Shown: piece by piece, positions 20,991-32,476 of the stretch
Layout: each line of letters begins with the position of its first letter
Numbering within the stretch: position 1 is the first letter of the stretch
Assembly: GCA_008369845.1 (NCBI GenBank)
Contig: MRSU01010363.1
Span: forward strand, 1 to 35,957
Origin: Trichomonas gallinae
Taxonomy: Eukaryota
Direction: 5' to 3'
Length of the DNA stretch: 35,957 bases
Notes under the pieces: generated by a model
Databases searched by the model: none
The model's input: only the letters and a program-made list of their open reading frames with translations
Told to the model about the DNA's origin: nothing
Translations under genes and position numbers: made by a program

Positions 20991-21956
20991 CTAGAAACTG
21001 TCGAATCTGCGCAGTCTATAGTGTGGGCAGATCTTTCCTACGATATTTGTGTGGAGGTTTCTGCCTGTCTTAGATTTGTCAATAAGTTTTTTGTCTATTG
21101 GGAGTTTCGGTAATGACATTTTTCTTGCTCCTTGTGCTGCTTTGATGACTATATCATTCTCCATCAAATCTTTCATTTGATCTAGTATTTCTCTGGCTGT
21201 TGGTCTTAGGTCTGGATCAATATTTAAACAATTAGTAATAATCTTGCCTAAAATTCCTGGGCATTGAACGCGTAATTTTAATGTTCCATTCTCCATGTCA
21301 TTTATATAGCGTGCTTCACTCATGAACTCATAAGGAAGCTGAGATGTCAACAAAATATGAGCGGTAATAGCGAACGCCCAAATATCTGCCTTGATACCGT
21401 TATATTTCTCTCTCTTCATAACTTCTGGGGCCATGTAAGTCTCCGTTCCGCAGAATGTATTTTTCATTTCTGCGAATTCGCACGAAAAACCAAAATCGAT
21501 GATTTTTGGCTGATTGTCAATATCAAAAACTATGTTGTCTGGTTTAATGTCTCTGTGTGCGATGCCTCTATCGTGTAAATAAGAAATTCCTTCCAGAATT
21601 TTATAGACAATAGTCAGTCTCTCTGAGTAAGAAAACATCGTTCTATTGCTAATAGCATCGAGGACACTACCGTTTGGCATGTAATCCATGACAATCATAA
21701 TATGTTTCTCGTCGTAGATGATATCGTGTATTTTTGGAAAGGACGGATGATTTAATCTTGCTATTAACCTCAGTTCAGATTCAAGATACTTGATCATTCC
21801 TTTTTCGGTGATTTTTTCTCGATCAAATATTTTTATTGCGACTTCTTCTTCAGTTTTGACATTAACAGCCTTGACTATTATAGCTGTCAGCCCCTTGCAT
21901 AGAACTTGGCGGGTCTTGTAGCCCTCTATATTCGCTGGCAGCATAGAATCCAGCAT
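20991..21956 (-). CDS. CAMK-group Ser/Thr protein kinase, 321 aa
   Basis: VAIK, HRDIKPDN, DFG, TFCGTETYMAPE, DIWA; degenerate Gly-loop (LCKGLTA). ATG at 21956. Confidence 0.93.
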   Translation of the reverse strand: MLDSMLPANIEGYKTRQVLCKGLTAIIVKAVNVKTEEEVAIKIFDREKITEKGMIKYLESELRLIARLNHPSFPKIHDIIYDEKHIMIVMDYMPNGSVLDAISNRTMFSYSERLTIVYKILEGISYLHDRGIAHRDIKPDNIVFDIDNQPKIIDFGFSCEFAEMKNTFCGTETYMAPEVMKREKYNGIKADIWAFAITAHILLTSQLPYEFMSEARYINDMENGTLKLRVQCPGILGKIITNCLNIDPDLRPTAREILDQMKDLMENDIVIKAAQGARKMSLPKLPIDKKLIDKSKTGRNLHTNIVGKICPHYRLRRFDSF

Positions 21957-22790
21957 CAATTTTTTTTAATTTTGAATTGATTTTAATTTTATGTTTATTA
22001 TCATATTATTTATCAAATATTAAAAATTATATATAAAAAAAATGACAACGTCTCAATTTATTTGAATATTTATACGTTATATAATTTTTATTTGCAAAAT
22101 TCTACATTTCTACATGTCTCCATATGAAAATTATTATTATAATAAATTTATGTCAAACTCTTGAATGTAATTTTGTTTGCTTTGATTCAGCGGAAGAAAG
22201 AAGGAATTTTAATGAAAAAATTATATTAATATTTATATATAAGGCTATAGGATTGAATATGCCTACAGTACTCTCCCAATTTGCATTCTGTGCTTGAGAA
22301 TTTTTAATTTAAATTATTTGACACATATTTGAGAATCATTTATTTTTTGTGAAGAACCATTCAAGTTAGTGTTAAATCATTGTTGACAATACTATAAATA
22401 TTAATATTTTAACTTTATTTTTGATATTATTGAATTAATGCTAAAAATATCATTAGTAAATTGTTATTATCATGTATTTCGAGTTTTAGATTAAAATATT
22501 CACAGACAAGCAAAGTTTGATATTTTTCGATTTTAAGCTTAAAATCATAATAAACAAGTACTATGGATTATTATGATAACAATAAATTCAATTTATTTTG
22601 AAGCAAATTTTTTTGAATCAATCAGAAGATAGAATGATAAGCTAAAATATTCACAGTCAGTCTCTATGACTCATTTTAAACATAATTACAAAAACTTACA
22701 CAAATTTTAATTTTTTTTATTATAACTTCTTTCTTTATATTATATCATTTTTCATTATTACTTTTATTTAATTTTTTTTAATTTTTTTAC

Positions 22791-23051
22791 ATGGGAAAAT
22801 TGAGTTTCATCGAACAATGATATTGCAGTGCAAACGATGAAGAGAATATGTCTGTAAAAATATCAATTACGGGCTTTCTTTAGCAGAATTTTACATTCAA
22901 TCAAATATTATTGTCTATTCATCTTGAATTAACCCACTCAAATTCTTCTATGTGGTACAAAAATGAATATTTCGGTATTTATAAGATCACTTTTCGAGGA
23001 CAAAGCCACGAATGTGAAATTTCACTTGAATTATCGTTCCAAAATCATTAA
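22791..23051 (+). pseudogene. Possible decayed gene relic
   Basis: ATG-initiated frame of 87 codons with two internal stops (MGKLSFIEQ*...GFL*...ELSFQNH*), less AT-rich than its flanks; family unknown. Confidence 0.3.
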
Positions 23052-23232
23052 CCAAGTAGATAAAATTATTTTCCAGCTTATCTACTATAATATTTCCCAT
23101 ATAAATGATATTAAAATTTTGAATATGGATTTGCAGTTTTTAAAGCATTTTATTACAATATTATTCATGTAATGGGTTAAAGAAACTAATTTAAATATTT
23201 AATATAACATTGCAAAAAATCATGCAAAGTGA

Positions 23233-26200
23233 TCATATCTCATCTTTGCTGATCTTGAATGGTCCAGCAATTCCATTCGTGAACTGCCTGATTTGATCTA
23301 TTTTGACAATATTCTGCAAAAACTTCGCCAAATCTGCTTTTTCTATTCTTTCTTCAGAGATTTGGTATAATTTGAGCGCGTGAAGACAGATAGAAGTGTA
23401 TTCATAGTGTGCCTGGTGATTGCAGAGTGAGATGAACATGTGAGCAGCCACAATAACACCATCACCAAATGTCTCCAAGAGAAAAACAGCTGGATTTGCT
23501 TCAGACAAGAAAAATGTTTTCGGAGAACAAAAGATGAACTCAATCACAGACCAAATCGCCGAGAAGTTGTTGAGTGATGTAGTTGATTCTATGTCGAGGA
23601 ACTCATCCTTGAAGAAAGCCTGTTTGCGGGAAATAATGATGTTTTTAATGATCTTCATCATTCCTGGGATCAAAGAATTAGTGTTCGTGTGCGGCAACTC
23701 TAGATCAAGATTAGTAATGAATTTAATGATGTTGCCGACGACTCTCATGCTCGCGAAGAATTTTCCAATGTGTGAATGCGTTGCAGCACTGTAGACATCC
23801 ATGTTGAAATCATAGAAACCAACAAGATCATGTCTTGCAAGTGCAGGAACGATTCTTATCGTGTTGTTGAATTCTTGGTAAGACAAAATGGCTGATAAAG
23901 CAGCATCTTCGAGTTTAACGAATGTTTTCTGTATAAGATATGTTAACTCGTTGAAATTGAACAGTCTGCACATAGCAGAAAAGTTCTCTTTCGTTGTGTG
24001 AATTTCTTCGTCCTTGTGAAGTGATGCGAATATATCAGCCCAATTTTCTTTAGATAGAGGAGTAATAGTCAATGGTTTTGAAAAAGTGAACCAGTTATTG
24101 GAATAATCGAGTCTCATGTGTGTGAAATCTAATATAGAGTCAATGCACGCGATGATCTTTGGAGAAATTGTGAATGGTGTCTCAGAAGATTTCGCGTCAT
24201 TCCACATAACACTGAAGTCGTCGATCATGATTTTGTTGTCCAACAAAAGTTTGTGCGAAACTTTTGCTATTCTCACTAAATGTTCAACATATGGGACCAT
24301 CCTGAAGTCTGTCAATATCTTTATGTATTTTTCTAATTCTTCTCTCATCCTTTTGTTCAGTTTGTTCGAAACAATCATGTTGAAATCTATTGGGCTTCCG
24401 ATGATTTCGAATTTGTTCTGCAGGGCCATGATTGAAAATCTCATTGGCTTCGGCTTGATTTTGCCGATGTTTGATGGCTTAAGTTCAATAGCTGCTGATG
24501 TCTCTCTAACCATTTTATAGTATGTGTCTGCAAATGTGAAAGAAATCATTTCGATGACGACATTAATTTCTTCTGCAATTTCTGTGAACAAATATTCTAG
24601 CTTGTAGACATTCAACGCTTGATAACTCGCATCGTTATAGATTTCGAACGGGAAGAAGACGAGATCTTGAAGAGCAGGCTGCTCTCGTGTTGATAAAAGA
24701 TGTCTCACAAGAATGAAAGGAAGAGAAGATTGAATAGGCAGCTGGTAGATATGGTCTGGATCCAACATTGTTTCGTGGAACCACAAAGCGCAGAGATTTG
24801 ACTCCTGGCGAACTTTGTTGACGAAATTGAAGTAATAATACCATGTTGGTGAGTCAGATAAGAACTTTTCGATGGTTTTAACATGACTTCTCTTGAAATG
24901 CGCTGAAGAAAATTTAGATGTTTTCTCTAAAAACTTGGAATTTGTTAATGTCATCATCTGAAACTGTACTCTTATAACATCTAAGTGTGGAGGCGTTAAA
25001 AATGCTTTTTCTGTTGTTGAATAAAATATTGTGTGAATTGCTTTGAGAATAGCAACGCAATCATCATCACCTACTTCACTAGCATGTTTTAATGGCTCTT
25101 CAATGATGTCATCTAAGAATTCTTGCATATAAGAATTCATCTGTTTTCCAAGTTCTTCCACAATTAATGGCTCAGCGTCAATTATTGTAGAAACAAGAGT
25201 TTTAACGTAAGCAACCGTTTCTACTAATGAATTAATATCTTTTTCTGTATAATTTAATCTAACAGCCAAATCGTATTTGTAAACCACAGGTGGAAGTGGT
25301 AATTGTGCAGTTACTGCGAATTTGTAAGCTGTTTGTTGCAAAATTACCATAACGAGAAATGAAAGTGTTTGAATTACGGAATTTACAGCATCGGTAGTAA
25401 CACTTGTATTATCTGCACGCATTTTGGAAGCCTTATTTAATGCATCACGATACATTTGTCGAATTTGATTTAATTTTCCATAAATCAAGTATTTGTCCGA
25501 CATTTTCATCAATTCAGCGAATGTTGTAGCGAATGGCAGCGATTTCATCGTATTTAATCCTTTGCAATCAGCAAGTATAGAACCAGGAATCGTAAAGCAC
25601 TCGCAATATAACGGCAATACAGCATTTTGTGAAATTATGTCGAGGACATCCTTTGTAATGTTCTGCGCGAATATGTTATTTATTGGATTTGCAGAACCGT
25701 GAATATAGAGGCCCCAAATCATTCCAATAACCAAAGAAATTCTTTCCTTTGGGAAAATAGCGGGTGATCTGTAAGTATTAACGCAATATTGAAGATATTG
25801 CGAAATAAAGTTCAAAGAAGCGATTTTCTTGTCTTTGCTTCGTTGTATGTCTTCATCGATCATATTCCTCAGCTGATTTAAGAAAACATTCTTTTCGCAA
25901 AAATAAAGTTGAATTTCAGCAAGTTTCGCGACAGTTGCTTCATCCAAACTTGGATCTGACTTGTAGAACTGAATATCTCTCGTAATTCCGGTTTTCAACG
26001 TTTTTAGCTTTTCGATCGTATAAATATTATATAAAAGTTCTGTTAATTTTGCGAAAACTGGATCACAATATACTGCATTTTGTGATGTAACTATTTCATA
26101 TATGTATTTAATTAAATTCGTTGCAAAATTTGTGATTTCAAATAATTTCACAAGAATTGGAGTGAAAAACTCTCTGAAATATGCTCGAAACATAGGTAGC

Positions 26201-26532
26201 TCAGCCTTTCCAGGATCAGCATCCATATTGTTTGACTGTAGTTGCTCTTCAAGTTTGAATAAAAATTCGATCGACCTGAATGTGTAAATAAATGATATAT
26301 ACGGTTCAGAAGTTTCGATTTTCTCTGATAGTGATTTCAAAAGATTGACCTGATCAATCACAGGCTGATTAATTCTGTTTTGGCTTAATACTTCTATCGG
26401 AACTTCAAGATAGTTGAATGTAGGCTCTGGGGGATATGATATTTGGTCCGCCCGAACAACGACATCGGGAACTTTTGAAATAAATATCGCTTTCGGATCA
26501 ACTTTCAAATCAACAAAATTCCTCGAAGCCAT
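23233..26532 (-). CDS. CYFIP: CYFIP/Sra1/PIR121 subunit of the WAVE/SCAR regulatory complex, 1099 aa
   Basis: IYTFRS, YDLAVRLNYT and LWFHETMLD...QLPIQSSLPFILVRHLL...FPFEIYNDASYQAL...YLFTEIAEEIN match CYFIP conserved blocks. C-terminal FSAIWSVIEF and FGDG. Inr TCATA directly before the ATG. Confidence 0.9.
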   Translation of the reverse strand: MASRNFVDLKVDPKAIFISKVPDVVVRADQISYPPEPTFNYLEVPIEVLSQNRINQPVIDQVNLLKSLSEKIETSEPYISFIYTFRSIEFLFKLEEQLQSNNMDADPGKAELPMFRAYFREFFTPILVKLFEITNFATNLIKYIYEIVTSQNAVYCDPVFAKLTELLYNIYTIEKLKTLKTGITRDIQFYKSDPSLDEATVAKLAEIQLYFCEKNVFLNQLRNMIDEDIQRSKDKKIASLNFISQYLQYCVNTYRSPAIFPKERISLVIGMIWGLYIHGSANPINNIFAQNITKDVLDIISQNAVLPLYCECFTIPGSILADCKGLNTMKSLPFATTFAELMKMSDKYLIYGKLNQIRQMYRDALNKASKMRADNTSVTTDAVNSVIQTLSFLVMVILQQTAYKFAVTAQLPLPPVVYKYDLAVRLNYTEKDINSLVETVAYVKTLVSTIIDAEPLIVEELGKQMNSYMQEFLDDIIEEPLKHASEVGDDDCVAILKAIHTIFYSTTEKAFLTPPHLDVIRVQFQMMTLTNSKFLEKTSKFSSAHFKRSHVKTIEKFLSDSPTWYYYFNFVNKVRQESNLCALWFHETMLDPDHIYQLPIQSSLPFILVRHLLSTREQPALQDLVFFPFEIYNDASYQALNVYKLEYLFTEIAEEINVVIEMISFTFADTYYKMVRETSAAIELKPSNIGKIKPKPMRFSIMALQNKFEIIGSPIDFNMIVSNKLNKRMREELEKYIKILTDFRMVPYVEHLVRIAKVSHKLLLDNKIMIDDFSVMWNDAKSSETPFTISPKIIACIDSILDFTHMRLDYSNNWFTFSKPLTITPLSKENWADIFASLHKDEEIHTTKENFSAMCRLFNFNELTYLIQKTFVKLEDAALSAILSYQEFNNTIRIVPALARHDLVGFYDFNMDVYSAATHSHIGKFFASMRVVGNIIKFITNLDLELPHTNTNSLIPGMMKIIKNIIISRKQAFFKDEFLDIESTTSLNNFSAIWSVIEFIFCSPKTFFLSEANPAVFLLETFGDGVIVAAHMFISLCNHQAHYEYTSICLHALKLYQISEERIEKADLAKFLQNIVKIDQIRQFTNGIAGPFKISKDEI

Positions 26533-28375
26533 TATGACTTATTTTCAGCAGAAGATTTATGATATTTCACAATACAGCCATTACACACGAAGATATGATT
26601 ATATGAGTATGAAATCAAGCGTTTCTGATCATAATTCCCAAAATTCAAATTTTTCATTTTTCAAATTCGAATTTTGATATTGTATATACAGTCCTTATAT
26701 ATTATCTAGATTAACAAACATATTACAATCATAGAATTCCATAGTTGCAGATGATTATATTTTAGATGTGAAAAGAAGAAAAAAGTAAAAGGAGGAAAAT
26801 GAATATAGTAAAGGCTAGCAATCATCTTTTGTGATAAACTTTCGCTTTCACCAGTTCTAGAATGATAGAAATGAGTGGAAAAGAAATTCACACCAGGAAA
26901 GAGTTTCGCACACATTTCTGTAATTCTAGAACTGATGAAAACGAAAAGAAATCAAAAAAGGAATAGATTACTTAATGAGTGTTCTAATATAGCGTGAAGT
27001 GTAACGAAGAAGACGATCATGAATATAAAATATTATTATACTCGTGTATAGTAGGCATAGAAAATGAGTAAAAAAGAATAATGAAATATTAAAATGATAT
27101 TGAAAACCAAAAACTTAATATAAATGAATAATACATCAGAGTTAATATATATAGATCTTACAGAAGAAATAACAAAAAGAAATTATAAGATCTATAAGAA
27201 ATTCTGCAAAATTAATGGTTAATCTTGCTATATATAATGTTAGCAATATTGTGATGCCAATATTATAATCAGAAATTAAAAAAGGATAAAAATTATGAAA
27301 TTGGATATAATTTATTGAATTTGATAGTAACATAATTCTAAAATTTTATTTAAAATTATATTTTAGCGATTGATATACTATGTAATTAAAAATTATTTTT
27401 GAAAGAACATATTGAATAAAAAATTGAAACAAGGTTAAATTGAATGAAATCGTAAGTTGTAATCATATACTTGTAGCTAATATAATTTTCTTAATGATAA
27501 AAATTCTCATCGTAAATTAATTTGATCGTGGTTTTGATTATTAACTCTGGTTCTAGAGCATTAATAAAATAGAATTTCAATGAAATTGCAAATTTTATTA
27601 ATAAAAAACTGGTATGTAATTCATTCTATAATCTCGACTGAAAGAAATCATGAATGGGCGTTTTCAAACAATTCTGCTTTGACACAAATAACTCATTGAA
27701 ATTAGATACATAGAATTTGATAGTTTTGTAATTTGATATAATATCATATACATATTAAAATTCTTCGATTAATTATTTTTACGTCAAGTATTCAATATCA
27801 ATTTTATACAAATTAAGATCAGGAATTATAATATCTTAGCGTCGTAATTATATTCCATTACTGCTCCACATATAGATTACAATTTCCTTATTAACATAAT
27901 CCTAAAAGAAAATCATACGCTGAAATTTAATAAACATCAAAAATTAAACATGAAAACTCTCATTTTCAGCTGCATCAAATGCATTTTATTTACATGGTCG
28001 ATGAATTATCAATTTGTCAACATTTCGAATTCAATTTCGTTAACTCTAAATTTTGCTTCATTTATATGTTCTATTAAAAATAGAAATAAATTTTACCCTT
28101 CAAAAAATAAATCGACCAATGTTGCTCCGTATAATGATGTCGTAAGGATACCCACCCGCCTTATAACCCTTGATATCATTTAAAATTCTGATTTAGATTT
28201 TTATTTTTAACACTTCTCAAAGTAAAATTTTTTTTCTTTCATAGTCCTTCATTTTCTTATGAAATTACATTTCATTTATATATTATAATGATCACGAATT
28301 TAATGATAAAATCGAGTTTTAACATGTAGGGTTTAACTTCACAATTTTTAAAAACTCACTCAGAAATATTTATGA

Positions 28376-28879
28376 ATGTTATCAATTTTTATTATTTTTA
28401 TGTATAGACCCAAGTTAAAGTTATCTCAGGCCGAAATGACGCAATTCATAGAGAGCGTTAAAGAGAGTACGCATGGGCCTGGTGGTACGTGGTCTTTTAA
28501 AATATACGAAGAAACAAAAGATAAACTTTTAAAACTTCATCCATTTGACATCGATAGATTCACACAATCAATGGTTGATGACTTCTGTGATAAGTCAACG
28601 TCATCACTTTGCAGATATAAGACAGCACAATTATTTGCATTTATGAAATCTAAAAATATCAATGGCTTTACAGAATCAATAATTAGAAGGAAAACAGATC
28701 TTCTCAATATTTTTGTTGATGACCAACAAGATCAACTTGGCAGTGCTGTTCATGGATACATTTCATCTTTGTTTAGCGATAATGCTTCAAGACCAATTTC
28801 AAATACACCACCACCGACTATATACATATATCCTAAGAATACAAAGGATAGATCTTCACCAACGCCTCCAATTGTTTAA
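28376..28879 (+). CDS. Hypothetical protein with a short hydrophobic N-terminus and Pro/Thr-rich tail, 167 aa
   Basis: ORF with Inr TCACT shortly upstream; MLSIFIIF leader and C-terminal TPPPT/PTPP. Confidence 0.65.
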   Translation: MLSIFIIFMYRPKLKLSQAEMTQFIESVKESTHGPGGTWSFKIYEETKDKLLKLHPFDIDRFTQSMVDDFCDKSTSSLCRYKTAQLFAFMKSKNINGFTESIIRRKTDLLNIFVDDQQDQLGSAVHGYISSLFSDNASRPISNTPPPTIYIYPKNTKDRSSPTPPIV

Positions 28880-29105
28880 ATTCAGTTCGTTAATCGATGA
28901 ACTGATGATAATTGTATCCTTTTACTTATTAGGAAACTACAAAAATGAACGGAAACGATCATTGATTCAAAAATGAAATTCACGAAATATTATTAATTTG
29001 CCAGAAAGAAAGCGAGATGCGGGTTATCATGAGTTATTATTCAAATGCTAAGTTCACACAAATCAATATGAAAATATCAGTCAGACTTCTCTCAACTGAA
29101 TAATA

Positions 29106-29235
29106 TTAACCCATAAAGACTGTCTTCCAGGGTCCAGCATGTGAAATATCTGCTCTGTAAGTACTACTTAGCTCAGTGCTGTGCTCTATAACCAGAACCT
29201 CATGCATTACCAATGTTCCCTAAATCATGGGTTAA
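29106..29235. other. TTAA-flanked 122-bp element with CCCAT/ATGGG termini (candidate piggyBac-like MITE or structured element)
   Basis: TTAA-CCCAT (29106-29114) ... ATGGG-TTAA (29227-29235). The interior is more GC-rich than the flanks and has two odd palindromes and a near-direct repeat. Confidence 0.35.
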
Positions 29236-30668
29236 CAAGTTAATATTTATAGATCAATTTGAAGATATAGAAGAATATATTATATTTTCGTGCGCAAAAT
29301 AGAAATTCACTCAATTATCATTTTCAATATTTTTCTTGTTTGTATTTTATATTAAATGCTATCCTTTAAATATTCAAATTAGATTTATATGCAGCCATAT
29401 ATTAATATATGATAGACGTGAATGCTGAATTTCCAAAAATCAAAGAAGATATTTTATTAAGAAATTGATTTATTAGATTATTATGAAATGATATCCGCTA
29501 TTATATCTAATTTTCGATTATTATGTTTGTGCTAGACTAAGAATTGATCAAATCATTATTTTTTATGTCTGATGAACGATGCTATTTTGATAATATTATC
29601 ATTTCTGGGAGTATTGTTGAATAAAATTGCTATACATGCCAATTGGATTGTAACCCAGAAGCAAGAAGAAACAATAACCATATTTTTCAATAACGATTAG
29701 TGAATAATCGTGCATTTTCTTTATTGATGATACCATTCATTGATGTATAATCATAGTAAGAGGTTGCAATAGTCGAATATATTCTACACTCTATATTTTG
29801 CACTGAAAAAAATTTTGGAAATTAAATTCATGTACCAGCTTTAATGAATGATTCACCAACAAGGAACCGATGAAAATCAATGAATTATCTTGACTCTTTG
29901 TTAACTTTGAATTATAATTTTAAAAATATATCTTATTAAAGCGTGCTAATGCAGGTTTTAGTCCCATATATGCTCCTATTGTGAAATAACATTACAGTTG
30001 AATTCAAAATAATTTGTATATCAAATTATAATAAATTTTGTATCTTTGGAAGATTTAAGGTCATAATTGTAATATAAGTGTCAATACTATCGTCTTTTAT
30101 TTAGCATAGTTTCATATAAAGTGTTTTGAATTTGATTTCAGCAAAATATATTGCTCAAATTAAAGAAATTAAAAGACATAACTCATAAAATCTAAAAGAC
30201 AAATCCTTGAGATGTTATTACAATGATCAAAAAGGTCAAAGCCGAATACAAAAATAAATCATAAATATTTTGTTTGGAAAAAAGACATCAAAAGGTAGAT
30301 AGATGCATTGCATTCATATAATTAGTAGCAATAGCATTAATATCCAGTAAGAAGGTGGATAGGTATCATTTTGTCAATGTTTTCCATTTTTTGATTGAAT
30401 TGACAAATTGAATAAAAGTGACAAATTAAATTTCAATTACAAACGGTTTTTTTACTGTAAAAAAGCTAATGAATAATGTAATGACCGCAACATTGGTCTA
30501 TTTTTCGACAGCAACTTCAGATTTTTTATTTTTTGTTGTGAATTACGATACAACCAAAAGATTTCGCAATTGATATTCCTTGAGAATACATTAATTTTAT
30601 TTATTTTCGTTGTTAGATCATTATTTGCCTCTACTATAGCATATTTCTTCACCAAAAACCTATTGTTC

Positions 30669-30916
30669 ATGCAGCCAAATGTATTCTGAATCTGTGAAAA
30701 CCAAAACAAGCCTAAAACTATAAAATTAGAATATATATCAAATATGCTCTTTAATTTACGATTCGGTTTTTAATTCCAGAATACAGCAATTTTGATGGAG
30801 CCAAACGTTTTCTGAATTTGTGAAAACCATAACAAGCCGAAAACAATAAAATTAGAATATATATCAAATATGTTCTTTAAGTTACGATTCGGTTTTTAAA
30901 TCCTAAATACAACAAT
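30669..30916. repeat. Tandem duplication, two diverged copies, period 126 bp
   Basis: ATG(C/G)AGCCAAA...AAAATTAGAATATATATCAAATATG...TTACGATTCGGTTTTTAA...ATACA(G/A)CAAT starting at 30669 and 30795. Confidence 0.9.
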
Positions 30917-31079
30917 ACTTTTTCGTTAGATTTATTTATATTCTTTAATAGATATTAAAGACATTTACATTTTTATCTTTTTAAATTTAATTTCAAATTT
31001 GTTTACAAAAATATTACAAATAATACAATAGATATATATTAGCTATCTAATAAAATTAAGGTTAAATATTTAATTTTTA

Positions 31080-31087
31080 AAAGTGAC
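31080..31087 (+). promoter_or_regulatory. AAAGTGAC (Trichomonas M2-type core promoter motif)
   Basis: Exact motif ending 10 nt before the kinase ATG at 31097. Confidence 0.55.
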
Positions 31088-31096
31088 AATAATTTG

Positions 31097-32476
31097 ATGA
31101 GCCTCTTAAATGAACTTGATAATGTTCCTAAATTACTAGGAAACTACCAATTTTTGGAACATATCGGTCGCGGAGGTATGGCTTTGGTTTGGAAAGGTAT
31201 ACATATTCCATCAAAATTAATTGTTGCTATTAAAATCATCCCTAAAAGTCATCTTGAAACATCAAAAAAGGAAATGCGTTTTCGTAGGGAAGTTGAACTG
31301 ATGAAACAGATGGATCATCCACTTATTGTTCAATTGTACCAAACCTTAGAAGACGAGAATAATCATTATTTGATTATGGAATATCTACCAAATGGAAATC
31401 TAGATGATTACATTAAATCAAGAGGCCCATTACCTGAATCAATGATCGGAAGGCTTTTTTCGCAAATCTACTCTGTGCTGTTCTACTTGCATAAAACTGT
31501 TAAGGTCTCGCACAGGGATCTAAAGGCTGAAAATATCCTTTTCGATCAAAACTACAATATTCGAGTAATTGATTTTGGTTTAAGTACAACGTTTGTTGAC
31601 GAAAATACCGAATTCTTTACTAGATGTGGATCACAGTGTATGTATTTTTTAATCCTTTCATACTTAAGTCAATAATATTTTAATATTGATATGTATGAGG
31701 GATATCATATGAATCGTTGCTAACACACAGACTATATGGCACCAGAAATATTTAAGAATGAACCGTACAAGTTAGAGGCTGATATTTGGTCATTAGGAAT
31801 TATTTTATTTTACTTGGCAGCTGGAAAACTGCCTTTTAAAGAGAGCGATTCACAGTCTACAATGAATCGCATCCTCTTTTCAAATCCAACATATCCTACA
31901 AGCATTACAACAACTTTGAAAGATTTAATCGGCAGAATGTTGACAAAAATGCCTGATCAACGCATTTCTATACTAGATATTGCAAATCACCCATGGTTTT
32001 CGCCAAGAGAATACGCATATATATCGATTATTGTAGCTCAATGGAAAGATTTCGAAATCAACCTTTCTGTCATTCCTAAAATGGAATCGATAGGAATTTC
32101 TATTGATAATATACGTCAAAACATAACATTGAGAGTCTTTAACGAAAGCACAACAATTTATCGAATTTTATGTCGTCAAGACTTCAACGACAAGCTACAG
32201 AGAATTCCAAGGTCGCAGACATTTAAACCAATGCAAGGGCGAGCAAGGTCAGAAACCATGAATAAGATTAACATGATTCAGCCATCTGCTTCTTCTGCAA
32301 GAATCAAGAAAATGTCTGATGAAATTCAACATACAGAAGAAAAAACAATTCGACTTGAGCATTTTAGACAAATAGAAGAGCCAAATAAAGATGAAAAGAA
32401 AAAATGTCCTTTCAGACCGCGTAGCAGATCTAGGTCAACGAAAACAGCGCTAATGCTCACAGAGAATTTCACATAG
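31097..32476 (+). CDS. CAMK/SNF1-like Ser/Thr kinase, two exons (31097-31637, 31731-32476), 428 aa
   Basis: Exon 1 has IGRGGMA, VAIK, HRDLKAEN and DFG; exon 2 has APE and DIWSLG. Splicing restores the activation loop TRCGSQYYMAPE. Confidence 0.93.
31638..31730 (+). other. 93-nt spliceosomal intron of trichomonad type
   Basis: 5' GTATGT; 3' fused branch point/acceptor GCTAACACACAG (31719-31730). It contains an in-frame TAA, and its removal joins the two kinase ORFs in frame (T+AC = Tyr). Confidence 0.95.

Noticed and set aside
1711..27020. Stop-codon reassignment (several frames continue through TGA/TAA)
   Set aside because: Conserved genes end at plausible positions with TGA, TAA and TAG, use TGG for Trp, and have no internal stops. 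Pseudogenisation explains the interrupted frames better.
27950..28183. 77-aa ORF and other 60-90 aa intergenic ORFs
   Set aside because: Low-complexity I/F/N/K-rich translations typical of random AT-rich DNA; at most unrecognisable relics.
29120..29165. U6 snRNA-like ACAGAG...CATG...CCCTG on the minus strand
   Set aside because: It reads ACAGAGCAGATATTTCACATG, lacking ACAGAGA and a correctly spaced AGC triad. U6 is too conserved for this to fit.
30669..30916. CRISPR-like array interpretation of the direct repeats (also 3146 and 17631)
   Set aside because: Only two copies each, no repeat-spacer series, no cas genes, and a eukaryotic context.
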